The notes: generated by a model not told the origin, from the letters alone. A DNA stretch of 64,000 bases from a virus (IMGVR_UViG_3300031555_003590:192001-256000), one strand, 5' to 3'; shown: positions 19,996-31,444, counted from the first letter of the stretch. Numbers and translations are program-made.

Positions 19996-22900
19996 TTAGA
20001 CTTCTTTAACATTAATCCATGCTTTATTAGTACGATATACTAGTTGGCAAGGAGAGTTTGCAGGGTATGGAGTTTCCATAATAAATTGTACGATTGCATT
20101 TGTATTAGTGATTTCAATGATAGTAGGATCGGATAAACGAATATAACTACCATCGCCCATACGTGCTGCCCAAGCTCCTTCAACTTCAGAAATAGTAACT
20201 TCAACATTACCAGACTTAGGAGTATAATTTATATTAAACCATACAGTATTTACTTGTCCATTTTCATCTGATACAGTTGAAACTCCATCAGAATTATTTA
20301 CAGTTGTACCACTATGACCAGATAGCTGATTAATTACCATTTCAGCAGTATCATCATCGCTACCATCACCAGTTGCAGGTTTACCAGGACCAATGTTAAT
20401 ACCATCAGGACCACCAATACCAGTTCCAGGTACAGGATTAATTAATCTCCAATATGTTCCATCAAAGGTAAACATATGAGTATGATTTTTACCAAGCATA
20501 CCAGTTGTTAGAGGGGCTCCTGCAAATAAAATTACTGCAGCACCAGTATCATTGACATTTAAAGTAGTATCAAGTTCACCACTACGATCTTCATTAGCAA
20601 ATGTAATTGCAACAGTAGTACCAATTTGTCTCATGAATACTACAGGATCCATATATGTAGAACGTAGAGTTGCAACCTTATTTGGATTACCACTTGCAGT
20701 GGCAGATTCACCATTACTTACACCAACTAAATTTCTACGTACCCATTCAGATGAAACAAATGCATTAGAATTATCATCATCTGGTAAAGTATGGGTACCA
20801 GAAGGATTCTCTAATCTCCAATTATTACCATCAAAGGTAAATGTGTAAGTATGATTTGCTTTAATCATACCATTTATAATTGGTTTACCACCATAAATAA
20901 TCATTGCATTACCGCTACCATGTACATTCATATACACATTTTCAGTAGCAAGATCATCTTCAGCGAAATTAACTACTACAGTACTACCAGTTTGTCTCAT
21001 GAATACTGGATTTTCCATAAAGTCAGATCTTAAAGTTACTACTTTAATATTATTAGCACTTTCAGTTTCACAATCACCAAATTGAACACCAACTGCATTT
21101 CGTCTAATCCATGCAGTAGTTGCAATGCGATTATCATTAGAATTATCAGGGGCAATTACAGCTCTAGGTTCTCCAGTTAATTCAGTAATATCATGAGTAG
21201 TATCAGGGAAATGAACAGGAGCACGAGTTTCATCAGTTGGATGTCTATGATCACCTCTAGCATATGTACCATCATCAGTGCCACGGAATACAGTTCCATC
21301 CATTAAAGGATCAATATCAGCTGCTTTAGTATGACCAAATAGACTAATAGTGGCTCTACCAAAAGTAGATGCAGAAGGTGAAGTATGAACTCTAGGTGCT
21401 TTAGTTAGCTCTAGCATACGACCCATATTCGCGGATAATGCAGCTAAAGAATTAGTAGATTCAAGATTATCAATAACATCTACAGATTCAAGGTCATTAA
21501 TAATCTCCATAATATCATTTACATCAACTTTATTCTGATTTAAAATTCTACCCATATTTGCAGATAGGGGTCTATCAGTTTCATAAGAAATTAAATTATC
21601 AACTACTTGTTTTCTTACAAATTCAGTAGTTGCAATACGAGTAGATTTATCAGTAACAGGTTGAGTAGTAGTAGTTGGAGAACCCGGTAAATTGGTAGAA
21701 GGTTTAATTTCATCTTCACTAATAGTACCAGGAAGAACAGATGCTTTGATACTATTATCATCAAGAACTTCAACTTGAACATTTTTACTCATACTACCAG
21801 TATAAACTTTAATCATAGAACTAATATCAATTCTATTTTCATTTCCATCAGGTAGTAGAATTACTAATTCACCTTCATTGGCATCAAAGGTAATATTTTT
21901 AAATACTTCAGTAATTGGAATTTGAATAGATTTTTCAGTACCATTTTTATATATGAAAGTAAGAGTAGTAGTTGAATCATTCCATTCAACATCATCAACA
22001 AAGTTGATTAAAGTAATATCACCTGTAACAGTACCAATTTTATCTAATAGATCATCTAATGCTTCCTGTACAGCGTTAGAAATAGGCTTATCCATATCAG
22101 AAGTATTATTAACATTTCCTAATCCAATTTGCTGAGCAGTAACATTATGAGGATTATAGAAATTCTGAGTATGATCAGTAAATGTGGCTACTGGAACTGC
22201 ACCAATTTGAGTAGCAGTAGTTCTATGAGGATTACTATAATCATTAATATGTTCATATAGATCTTCTTTAATTGAATCTATACCACCATTACCAGTAATC
22301 TTTTCAAGAATTTCAGTAACATTATCATTTACAATTTCAAATTGACGAGTGGCTGCTCTTTGAGTAATAAAACCATCTTCATTATCTCCAAGCTCATTAT
22401 ACCATTCAGGACGTCCTTTAATCATATCCCAACTGACAATTCCGGAAGGTAAACCATCTCCGCCAATAATTAAATCTCCAAGTACATCCATAATACCACG
22501 CCAAGTAGTATCATAATTGGAGTCTGTCATTTTAACTAAAACTTCACCAGTTAAACCACCAATTGGAACTCCTTGGCCATTAGTACCATCAAAATAGTCA
22601 ACCCCTTTAATTGGAGTATAACCATCTTTTCCTTTAATAATATAAGGACCAGGTGCAGTAGTTTCTTTAGATTTAACCCATGAAAGTTCACCAGTAGTTT
22701 CATCAAATACTGGACGCCACATCATATCACTATTACTAGAACCAGTATCAGTGTCTCCACTATTATCATTATTACCACCAGCAAATAGACCAGTAAATCT
22801 ACCCTGTACCCAAACATACATTGCAGTATCAGGATATCTAATTACTAAATCTCCTACTTTCATTGCTTGGAAACCAACCTCTTGCCAAACCATACCAGGA

Positions 22901-23769
22901 CGTTTAACATAAATAATACAATCCTGACTTTCATTATTTTGATAATCAGTTGCAGGTTTCAAAGCAAAATAAGTAATATCATCATTTTCAACAGTTGGTA
23001 ATACATCTCCATATTGAAGTACATAATTAGGATTCCAGTTAGTAGCATGATATTCAACTAACTCAGCTTTACTTTGTCTATCATCCCAATATATATTTAA
23101 ATAATTAAAGAAAGATTCTCTAAGATTAGTAAACATATCATCAATTTCTTGACGACTATATGTACCAACTTGATGTGCAGTAGTATGATGAGGATTATTT
23201 AAATCATAAATATGATCATCAACAGTTTTCTGATCAGCTTTATTATTCCATTTACCACGTTCTACTTCAGTAATATGCATTGCAGTATTACTAATATGAG
23301 AATGCAATGTACTCATTGGAGCCATAGAATTCCAACGGCTGCGTTCAACATCAGTTACATGAATAGAATTATCATTAACATGAGTACTAAACTGAGACAT
23401 TGGAACTTTTGTATCTAGAGCATCACCAATTGCTCTTTCGCTTACAACTTTTTGATGTGAACGTACAGTAGGATCAGAATTAATAGATTTCAATACTTCC
23501 ATTGATCCTACAGTACCTCGTACACCAGTCCAAGTCATAAGTTGATTAGGAACACCAGGTTCAATTGTAGATTGTTTTTCATTAATTAAACGATAAATAC
23601 TTTCCAATTCATCGAGTAGATTAGTGGATTCATCATCCATATTTCTCTTAATAGCTTCATATACGGAAATAGGATATGAATAATCATAATCATAATCAGG
23701 AATTGGGGTTGGATTTGGGTCATGCCAAATTCGAGATTGAATAATTCTTTTATCCTTTAGCTGTCCCAT
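19996..23769 (-). CDS. Long tail-fibre-like protein
   Basis: HxxDxxNPHxxTAxQIG repeats, GLGNVNNTSD, GKDGYTPIKGVDYF, LSANMGR x2, RIATT x2, and a duplicated C-terminal FTFDGxxWRLxNP domain. Confidence 0.8.
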   Translation of the reverse strand: MGQLKDKRIIQSRIWHDPNPTPIPDYDYDYSYPISVYEAIKRNMDDESTNLLDELESIYRLINEKQSTIEPGVPNQLMTWTGVRGTVGSMEVLKSINSDPTVRSHQKVVSERAIGDALDTKVPMSQFSTHVNDNSIHVTDVERSRWNSMAPMSTLHSHISNTAMHITEVERGKWNNKADQKTVDDHIYDLNNPHHTTAHQVGTYSRQEIDDMFTNLRESFFNYLNIYWDDRQSKAELVEYHATNWNPNYVLQYGDVLPTVENDDITYFALKPATDYQNNESQDCIIYVKRPGMVWQEVGFQAMKVGDLVIRYPDTAMYVWVQGRFTGLFAGGNNDNSGDTDTGSSNSDMMWRPVFDETTGELSWVKSKETTAPGPYIIKGKDGYTPIKGVDYFDGTNGQGVPIGGLTGEVLVKMTDSNYDTTWRGIMDVLGDLIIGGDGLPSGIVSWDMIKGRPEWYNELGDNEDGFITQRAATRQFEIVNDNVTEILEKITGNGGIDSIKEDLYEHINDYSNPHRTTATQIGAVPVATFTDHTQNFYNPHNVTAQQIGLGNVNNTSDMDKPISNAVQEALDDLLDKIGTVTGDITLINFVDDVEWNDSTTTLTFIYKNGTEKSIQIPITEVFKNITFDANEGELVILLPDGNENRIDISSMIKVYTGSMSKNVQVEVLDDNSIKASVLPGTISEDEIKPSTNLPGSPTTTTQPVTDKSTRIATTEFVRKQVVDNLISYETDRPLSANMGRILNQNKVDVNDIMEIINDLESVDVIDNLESTNSLAALSANMGRMLELTKAPRVHTSPSASTFGRATISLFGHTKAADIDPLMDGTVFRGTDDGTYARGDHRHPTDETRAPVHFPDTTHDITELTGEPRAVIAPDNSNDNRIATTAWIRRNAVGVQFGDCETESANNIKVVTLRSDFMENPVFMRQTGSTVVVNFAEDDLATENVYMNVHGSGNAMIIYGGKPIINGMIKANHTYTFTFDGNNWRLENPSGTHTLPDDDNSNAFVSSEWVRRNLVGVSNGESATASGNPNKVATLRSTYMDPVVFMRQIGTTVAITFANEDRSGELDTTLNVNDTGAAVILFAGAPLTTGMLGKNHTHMFTFDGTYWRLINPVPGTGIGGPDGINIGPGKPATGDGSDDDTAEMVINQLSGHSGTTVNNSDGVSTVSDENGQVNTVWFNINYTPKSGNVEVTISEVEGAWAARMGDGSYIRLSDPTIIEITNTNAIVQFIMETPYPANSPCQLVYRTNKAWINVKEV

Positions 23770-23840
23770 AACTTTATATCACTCCTTTACTTAAAATTAA
23801 CTTTAATGATTTTATATAGATTTTATTAGGAGGTTCTAAT

Positions 23841-25760
23841 ATGGATGTTAGTGTAGGTGATAGAGTACAAATCCGAGATGGTGGAATAGATGTTACTAAT
23901 GGAAATAAAGCTAGATCAGGAAGATATTATGGTGAAGGTGGTCCATTGTGGGCAACAGTTGATGCAATCGTTGAAGATTGGTATACTGGCGGACTTTTTG
24001 GACTTCCTACTAGAGTTACAAAAGTTAGATGCTCTAATAGCGGTGTAGTTGTTTGGCAAGTACAACCAGAAGATATTGTAGGCCAAGTTATTAAAGCATC
24101 AGAACCTGAAATTGTTCAACGTACATTTCCTGAACGAACTTATAGAATTCTTCCAACATTTGAAGGTTATGAAGATCTTACTGTAAGAACCTCAGTATCA
24201 AGTTCTGATATTAATGTTAATCATAATGAAAAGCCATATGTTATGACATCAGATCAATATGACTGGGGTAATGGTGTTTCTCCAGAAACTATTATTACTG
24301 GAGAATTTCCAGAAACATTTAAACCATCTACAAAATTAATTAATGACCGATCTTTTACAACACAAGGAAATTATAGTTATGAAAATAGAGGTACCAGAAC
24401 TCTAAGAAAATTAAATAGTAAAGAAAAGGCTAGTATAGGTACCAATAATATCAAAATCGATGATACAATTAAACCTTTAAAACAACAAACAGCATGGCAA
24501 AATTCTTCTAAGAAAAGACAAATGTTGAATAATGATATTGAAAATATTCAAAATAATCATTCATTTCCAGCTCTTTCTAAACCATCTAGTGGATTACTTT
24601 CATCAAAATATGATTATCAAATAATATTAGATGATTATAGATATAAAAAGAATTCAACCAAAAGTCTTGAAGATAGTTTAATGGAAGCTAGAGCTTCTCT
24701 TGGTATACCTGTTCATGGAAGTAATAATATTGCTAAAGCAATGAAATATTATATGTATAATAGATTTAAAGTTCCTGATACTAATCTTGCACATAATAAA
24801 TCTGTAACATATGTATTTTTTACTAGACCAGATTTAAATATTTTAACTAAAGAAGAAGGTAAAAACACATATGTTGCAACTAATCAAGTTATAAATCATA
24901 GTGAGTCATCATTAATATGGAAACGTAATCCAGAATTATTTAAACTTTTAACTGACTATAGAAGATGTGATGATGAAAATAATTTTAATATGTTGCTGTC
25001 TAACCAAGTTCAATCATTTGATATTAAAGATGAAGAAATTAGTACTGTCAAAGATGGTTCATCTTGGAATGAATATGAGATGGTTTATGGTGATGCATAT
25101 ACCGGTAGAGCTGCTGGTACATTTAGCTGTGATTTTGTAGAAACATCTGATTATTCAATTATCAACTTAATCAAATTGTGGATCACTTATATTGATAATG
25201 TTGCTAGAGGTGCATGGAGTCCTTCATATAAATTAAAAGATCTAGCTGATAATAAACCAAATTTAGGTATGAGTCATGTATTTACAAAAACTCTTGATTA
25301 TGCATCATCTGCATATGTTTTTAAATGTGGCCCAGATGGAGAAACTGTACTCTATTGGTCTAAATATTATGGAGTATTTCCTACAAATACTGGTGCTAGT
25401 GCATTAAGATGGGATATATCCACACCTATTGGAGATGTTCCTAGATTAAATATTACATTTAATTATTCATTTAAAAAAGATTTATCTCCAATTTCATTAT
25501 TAGAATTTAATCATATTGCAAATATAACTGATAAAGATGTAATATCTGAAGATTCATTTAATCCTAAATATGGTCATTCCTCAAGACCATATGTTGGTGC
25601 TCCATTTATTCAAATGAAACTAAATCAAAATCCAACAGTAAGTGGAAATGGTGTAGATTATAATCGTAATGAATCTTATATTAAATTAAAATTCCGTAAT
25701 ACTGGTGATAGTAGATTAGAAGATAGAATACTATATAGAGCATCATTAGATAGATTATAA
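23841..25760 (+). CDS. Virion structural protein (baseplate/tube-initiator-like)
   Basis: YVFFTRPDLN and YWSKYYGVFP segments of jumbo-phage tube-like baseplate proteins; adjacent to the wedge-like gene. Confidence 0.55.
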   Translation: MDVSVGDRVQIRDGGIDVTNGNKARSGRYYGEGGPLWATVDAIVEDWYTGGLFGLPTRVTKVRCSNSGVVVWQVQPEDIVGQVIKASEPEIVQRTFPERTYRILPTFEGYEDLTVRTSVSSSDINVNHNEKPYVMTSDQYDWGNGVSPETIITGEFPETFKPSTKLINDRSFTTQGNYSYENRGTRTLRKLNSKEKASIGTNNIKIDDTIKPLKQQTAWQNSSKKRQMLNNDIENIQNNHSFPALSKPSSGLLSSKYDYQIILDDYRYKKNSTKSLEDSLMEARASLGIPVHGSNNIAKAMKYYMYNRFKVPDTNLAHNKSVTYVFFTRPDLNILTKEEGKNTYVATNQVINHSESSLIWKRNPELFKLLTDYRRCDDENNFNMLLSNQVQSFDIKDEEISTVKDGSSWNEYEMVYGDAYTGRAAGTFSCDFVETSDYSIINLIKLWITYIDNVARGAWSPSYKLKDLADNKPNLGMSHVFTKTLDYASSAYVFKCGPDGETVLYWSKYYGVFPTNTGASALRWDISTPIGDVPRLNITFNYSFKKDLSPISLLEFNHIANITDKDVISEDSFNPKYGHSSRPYVGAPFIQMKLNQNPTVSGNGVDYNRNESYIKLKFRNTGDSRLEDRILYRASLDRL

Positions 25761-25803
25761 AATATCATATTATACAACTCATATGAAAGAAAGGAGTTGA
25801 TGC

Positions 25804-28566
25804 TTGATGATTGAAAAGGTTGGCAATAAAGATGTAGTAGTAAGAAATTATACCAGTAATTTTGATATTAAAGAATTCATACAAGAAGTGCTTATTCCAA
25901 AAGCATTTCCTAATATTCCAATGAATAAATTAAATCTTGGATTTACTGGTATTACATCTGAAATGATTTCTCAAGCAATTGAAGATGCTCATGGTACTGC
26001 GTCATTAATGATGAATGAATCATTTATTACTAGAGCTATACTTCCAAATTCTATTTATTCTGAAGCATCTTTATTTGATCTTGGATATACATTTGCAACC
26101 CCATCTAGGTGCAATTTTGCATTACAATTATGGCTTCCTGATATAATCAAATATTCAACTGCAGTAAAAAATAGTAATACATTACGATATATTCTTGATA
26201 AAGATACTAAACTAATTCTAGGTGATAATACATATCGTTTAGATTATGATATCATTATCGATCATCAATTTATTGATGGTAAAAGAGTATTTAATATTTA
26301 TTATGATATGGAAGAAACTAATTCAATTTCCATTGTTAATAATAAATATGTAAAACATCAAGTTACATCAATCGATTGGTTAGTATTATTTGTTGAATTA
26401 CAAGAGTTTGAACGAAAAGTAGAAACTAATTCTATTACTGATAATTTAGTAACTACAAATAGTGATATTGAATTAAAATGGAATCGTCAAATAGCTGGAT
26501 TGGATTTGATTTATATTACTCCATATGGAGAACGTCGTTCCATGAAATTAAAAACCCAATACACTAAAGAAGATATTGATCCTTTTGTATGGTATTCTTT
26601 TTATAATGATAATAAAATTTTATTATCATTTTCTAATAATAAAGGTTATTTTACACCTGATTTCAATAGTAAAATTGAATCTACTATTTATACTTGTAGA
26701 GGTAAATCAGCTAATTTTGACTCATATGATCGTCAAACTGGTATACCTGTTCAAAAGACTGGAGAACGATTCTCATATAATGCAAATACTAAAATGGTAG
26801 CTTTGTGTTATAGTGGATCAGTTGGAGGTCTAGATAAAGGTGATATTGAATTATTACGTGATGATGTAATTATGGCATATAATACTGCAAATGTATTAAC
26901 TACTGATTATGATCTACAATTATGGTTTAATAATTATGCAAAACGATATGATACTCGTGCAGAATTTTTTAAACGTAGAGATGATCCATCTGGTAGATTA
27001 TTTTCTCAATTCATTGCAATAAATGATAATACATATACTTATCCAACTAATACATTGACTATTGATGTTAAACAAGATCAATTTGATTTTATCAATAGTG
27101 ATGCAGATGGTATAAATCAAGAATTTATTATTAAACCTGGTCATCTATGGGAGTATGCTGATTCAGATAACGAAATAGTTAGAGATAGAGTAAGAATGAT
27201 TACTGGTACAAATGGAATGGCAATGATTACAGATGAAGCAATTCCTAGTATAAATGAAAATCGTCCATTTATGTTTGTAAATCCATTCTACATTAAAATT
27301 TATAGAGATCCAACTATTTCTGCTAATTATAATTATTTAATCAATGATACTAGTTGGCCTGAAGATGTTCATGTGAATACTGAATGTTTTTATCAATTTC
27401 AACTTGCTACATTCTCAATTGAACGTTCTATTTCTAAAAAGAATAATAATACATATAAATTGAATGTTATATGTGTTCCAGTTGTAACTACTGATACTAA
27501 TATAAAATACATTGAGGGAATTGGAGATCAGTATCCAGTAGAAAATAATAATTTAAGATTAGTATTAATTACTAGATCATCTATAGATGGTGAAACAGGT
27601 TATATTGAAATGACACCTGTTGAAAAACGTTCTGCTGGATCATATGTATTTGAAACTGAAATTGCTGTATATGATAATATTAGTTCTGATATGATGTTAG
27701 AAATTGATCTAGAAAAAACTCCTGGAATGATTTCATTAATTTCAACTGGTCCTCGTAAAGGTAAAGTATTTATTGATGCTCAAGAAACTAGTTTTCATTT
27801 TGCTTGTATGATGAAAGACTTTGCTGGAACATTAACTACTAATTTATTTGGAAATAATTCTTTCAATGGTTATGTAATGGCAAATAGATTTGCTAATAGT
27901 CATAGAGATTTATCTTTATATAAACCTATGAATATGATGAAATCTGTTATAATTTTTAATGGAGAAAATAATAATTATAACATACAAGCATCTATGATTC
28001 CATTTTTAAAATATGATATTCCATTAGATGAAGAAAAAATGAATTATTTTATTAGAGCTTTTGATGAGCAATATAATGCAATGGAACCAGTTCTTGATAA
28101 ATTAGATGGAAATTCAAGTATTGATTTTAAATTATTCAATACATATGGCAGATCTAGTAACTATTATATTGGTCCTGAAGATGGAGTAGAAAACTTATGG
28201 GATTCTAATATTCTGCTTGATAATATATATGTTAAAATTAAATTCCGTATGTCTGTATATGATAGATCCATTTATACACAAACAGTTGAATCTGTAATTA
28301 ATGAAATTAAAGTTTTCTTTGATTCATTAAATAGTGGAACAAAAGTTGATATACATGTATCTGATCTAATTCATTTAATTATTAATAATCATCCTAATGT
28401 TCGTTATATTCGATTTATAGGATTTAATAATTATGATGCTAATAAACAATCTATTTTTGTAAAATATTCTGATATTAGTGAATTGAAAAAAGATCAGTTA
28501 CAACCTCATGTACCTGAAATGATTAGAGTAGATGCTAATAGTATCGAAATAATTGAAGAAGTATAA
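25804..28566 (+). CDS. Baseplate wedge-like structural protein
   Basis: 920 aa; NESFITRAILPNSIY, GSVGGLD, TTDYDLQ and FFKRRDD resemble T4 gp6-like wedge proteins. Confidence 0.6.
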   Translation: MMIEKVGNKDVVVRNYTSNFDIKEFIQEVLIPKAFPNIPMNKLNLGFTGITSEMISQAIEDAHGTASLMMNESFITRAILPNSIYSEASLFDLGYTFATPSRCNFALQLWLPDIIKYSTAVKNSNTLRYILDKDTKLILGDNTYRLDYDIIIDHQFIDGKRVFNIYYDMEETNSISIVNNKYVKHQVTSIDWLVLFVELQEFERKVETNSITDNLVTTNSDIELKWNRQIAGLDLIYITPYGERRSMKLKTQYTKEDIDPFVWYSFYNDNKILLSFSNNKGYFTPDFNSKIESTIYTCRGKSANFDSYDRQTGIPVQKTGERFSYNANTKMVALCYSGSVGGLDKGDIELLRDDVIMAYNTANVLTTDYDLQLWFNNYAKRYDTRAEFFKRRDDPSGRLFSQFIAINDNTYTYPTNTLTIDVKQDQFDFINSDADGINQEFIIKPGHLWEYADSDNEIVRDRVRMITGTNGMAMITDEAIPSINENRPFMFVNPFYIKIYRDPTISANYNYLINDTSWPEDVHVNTECFYQFQLATFSIERSISKKNNNTYKLNVICVPVVTTDTNIKYIEGIGDQYPVENNNLRLVLITRSSIDGETGYIEMTPVEKRSAGSYVFETEIAVYDNISSDMMLEIDLEKTPGMISLISTGPRKGKVFIDAQETSFHFACMMKDFAGTLTTNLFGNNSFNGYVMANRFANSHRDLSLYKPMNMMKSVIIFNGENNNYNIQASMIPFLKYDIPLDEEKMNYFIRAFDEQYNAMEPVLDKLDGNSSIDFKLFNTYGRSSNYYIGPEDGVENLWDSNILLDNIYVKIKFRMSVYDRSIYTQTVESVINEIKVFFDSLNSGTKVDIHVSDLIHLIINNHPNVRYIRFIGFNNYDANKQSIFVKYSDISELKKDQLQPHVPEMIRVDANSIEIIEEV

Positions 28567-28627
28567 AGATAAATATTATATCACCAAAATATTAAAGAAT
28601 AATCATAAAATATAATATAAAGATGAG

Positions 28628-29548
28628 GTGGTTAATTTGAGTACTAATCTTACACAATTTTATGACGATTTGAAACAAAAATTAAATAATGATAATATGC
28701 CTACTACTCCTGTTATGAAAGTAGGCATGCAACCAGGTGGTTTTAATGCATCTCCTAATGCACTAGCTTGGCGCAATAAAGCTGCTCATCATGCACATCA
28801 TCTAAAAGATGATTGTTGTAAACAGTTGTTAGTTAATCTTTATTGCAAAATTCTTCCTCTTGATAAAGAATTTATTGATGGTCATCAAGGTATGATGAAG
28901 AATGATATTGATTGTATGTTGGCTAATAAAGGTATGACTGCAACTCAATATCTAACTTCTTGTTATGAATCTACTAAAGCTCCTTTATTAGAATATATTC
29001 TAAGATCAGTAAATAATATTGGCAAACTTTATATGGAAGAAGCTGAAGAAGTTTTAAAAGATGCTCAAGCTAATGATGAAGCAATTCCTGAACCAGAAGT
29101 TCCTTCTACTGAGGATGAACCTATAAAGAGTCAACTAGTTGAAGTTGAAAGTGATACTGAATATGATAATTTTGTTGAAGAATTAAAGAAAAGAACTATC
29201 GATAAAATAGTTGATGATGTAACTAAAATTATTAATGATAAAAAAGAAGAAAGTGATATGACCTTTGATACCACTCCAATTGCTGATGTAGAAGAAAAGA
29301 TGGAATCTACTACTTCTATTGCATTGAATTATATTCAGAAGAAATTAATGAAAGAAAATACCGAAATTACTTCTGATACGTATAATGAATTAATTGCAAT
29401 GGCTATTAGAGAATCTACTCTTAATCAGTTTGATATTGTATTTAGGCAACCAGATGGTCAATTTAGAGAATTTGCCAGTAGAATTCGTTTTGGTAAAGGT
29501 AATATAATTAATGAATCTGCTGTAAATTATTTTAAAGAATCTAAATAA
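28628..29548 (+). CDS. Probable head/virion protein
   Basis: 306 aa, acidic, with repeated hydrophobic-x-ES motifs (CYES, KMES, IRES, INES, FKES). Confidence 0.6.
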   Translation: MVNLSTNLTQFYDDLKQKLNNDNMPTTPVMKVGMQPGGFNASPNALAWRNKAAHHAHHLKDDCCKQLLVNLYCKILPLDKEFIDGHQGMMKNDIDCMLANKGMTATQYLTSCYESTKAPLLEYILRSVNNIGKLYMEEAEEVLKDAQANDEAIPEPEVPSTEDEPIKSQLVEVESDTEYDNFVEELKKRTIDKIVDDVTKIINDKKEESDMTFDTTPIADVEEKMESTTSIALNYIQKKLMKENTEITSDTYNELIAMAIRESTLNQFDIVFRQPDGQFREFASRIRFGKGNIINESAVNYFKESK

Positions 29549-29555
29549 TTAAAAA

Positions 29556-29588
29556 TAAATGGAGGGGAATTAATTCCCCTCCATTTAT
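29556..29588 (+). terminator. Hairpin terminator
   Basis: ATAAATGGAGGGGAATT/AATTCCCCTCCATTTAT. Confidence 0.7.
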
Positions 29589-29652
29589 GTATTATAATTA
29601 TCTAATAACTATTTAGTTAATTTACATAAATTTGTAATATCTCAACTAGGAG

Positions 29653-31413
29653 GTGAAATATATGGCAGAAGAAAATGTATTTACTAATTTTTTACAAAGT
29701 GAACTTGAATCATATGAAGGTAATAATACAAGTCAAAGTAAAGGAACTGGTTTGGTATCAGGCAAATCATTTTTAGGTGAATATAGTAATAGATTATTTG
29801 GAGCTCCATTTCAATTATTAGATTCAGTAGATATGAGATTTGATGAAATAAATCCATATTTAGGAAATGAATATTTACGTAATTTTATTCTTAATAGTCC
29901 AATTTTATATATTCGACCAGGAATGCCACAATATACTGGTGATATTAAAGGTAATAGCTTTTTTCAATTATTTAAAAATATTTATAAAGATTCAAATTCA
30001 GCAGTAATGGATGATATATCAACATGGGATTCAATTATTAACGGAATATCAGCAGCAACAATGTTTGGTGCTGGTGCTAAATTACAAAATAGAATGTTTG
30101 GATTTAGAGAAACTTATTATGAATATATTCAACATGTAAATTATATGTGTAGAAGTATGGCTATATATATGAGTTTAGTTGGCGATTTAGATGCTGATAC
30201 TGGTGAAATATATTCACAATATCCAAATGGATGTTTTGTTGCTGGAGGAAAAGATGATAATGGAAAATCTCTTGGCACTGAATGGGTTACTTTTGATAAT
30301 ATAGACTGGCAAGATTATCGAATGTTGGCTGAAACAAATGTAACAAACCCAAGTGAACAAATAGCAGAATACGGTGGTGTTATAATAGATAATCTTAAAA
30401 GTTTAGGTACAGGAATATTATCAATTCCTGATGCAATATCAGGAGCTGTAGAAGGAGTAACAACTGATGCTACAGTATCTGAAAAAGTAGGTGAAGCATT
30501 TAATGAATCAATTACATTAGGTTCTTCATCTTTATTAGGTGTAATAAAAAGTAAAATTTCTACAGTAGAATTTATGGTAGATCCAATACAATTTACTGAA
30601 ACATTAAGCAATACCACTCAACCTTCTTTTATTGAATCTGCTATTGAAGGAATTCAACAAGGTGTTGGTACTGAAATTGCATGGATTACTAATTCTAATG
30701 CCGATGTTGGAATAATTGATAATTTAACAAGTTTTTTAGGAGATGGCATGGCATCAGTTAGTGAATCAATATCTAAATTAGTATCTCCTGTAACTGGTGG
30801 ATGGACACACAATCTTTTTAGTGGAGCAATTGCATCATTAAAAGGACAAAAAATGATTTATCCAAAAATATATCAAAAATCAGATAGTGCAATGAATTAT
30901 CATTTTTCTGTTACATTAACTACTCCATATGGAGATCCGTATAATTATTATATGAATATCATAGTTCCATTAATGCATTTAATTGCATTAGCAGCACCTA
31001 GAATGGTATCTGCAAATACTATGAGTTCTCCATTCTTAGTTCAAGCATATATTCCAGGTATGTGTACTTGTCAATTGGGTATTATTCAAAATATGACAAT
31101 TACCAAAAATCCATCTACTAAACATGTATCTGTTAATGGATATCCATTAACAGTAAAAGTAGAATTTGATATTGAAGAATTATATAATGCAATGAGTATA
31201 TCTCCTGCTAATGATCCTGTATCATTTTTATATAATGAAACATTAAATGATTATCTGTGTAATTTAGCAGGATTAGTTCCTTCTCAAGATACATATGCAA
31301 TGCAACGCAAATCTAAGTATCAAGCATTAGGAGCATATTTTGATAAAGCTCAATATGCTCAAGATTTTCTTAATGTTGGTGTAGAACGAGTTGAAAATGC
31401 ATTCATAAGATAA
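29653..31413 (+). CDS. Virion structural protein (baseplate/tail-tube-like)
   Basis: GQKMIYPKIYQKS...LTTPYG...SPFLVQAY...GII..MTITK...GYPL.V.V.F.IEELY tube-like signature. Confidence 0.55.
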   Translation: MKYMAEENVFTNFLQSELESYEGNNTSQSKGTGLVSGKSFLGEYSNRLFGAPFQLLDSVDMRFDEINPYLGNEYLRNFILNSPILYIRPGMPQYTGDIKGNSFFQLFKNIYKDSNSAVMDDISTWDSIINGISAATMFGAGAKLQNRMFGFRETYYEYIQHVNYMCRSMAIYMSLVGDLDADTGEIYSQYPNGCFVAGGKDDNGKSLGTEWVTFDNIDWQDYRMLAETNVTNPSEQIAEYGGVIIDNLKSLGTGILSIPDAISGAVEGVTTDATVSEKVGEAFNESITLGSSSLLGVIKSKISTVEFMVDPIQFTETLSNTTQPSFIESAIEGIQQGVGTEIAWITNSNADVGIIDNLTSFLGDGMASVSESISKLVSPVTGGWTHNLFSGAIASLKGQKMIYPKIYQKSDSAMNYHFSVTLTTPYGDPYNYYMNIIVPLMHLIALAAPRMVSANTMSSPFLVQAYIPGMCTCQLGIIQNMTITKNPSTKHVSVNGYPLTVKVEFDIEELYNAMSISPANDPVSFLYNETLNDYLCNLAGLVPSQDTYAMQRKSKYQALGAYFDKAQYAQDFLNVGVERVENAFIR

Positions 31414-31418
31414 AAATA

Positions 31419-31444
31419 AGAGGGAGCATTATAGCTCCCTCTAT
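31419..31444. terminator. Bidirectional terminator, identical core to 6615-6640
   Basis: AGAGGGAGC-ATTATA-GCTCCCTCTAT. Confidence 0.8.

Noticed and set aside
12081-23769. Diversity-generating retroelement targeting the fibre/adhesin genes
   Set aside because: No reverse transcriptase and no near-identical TR/VR pair with A-specific mismatches were seen in this window.
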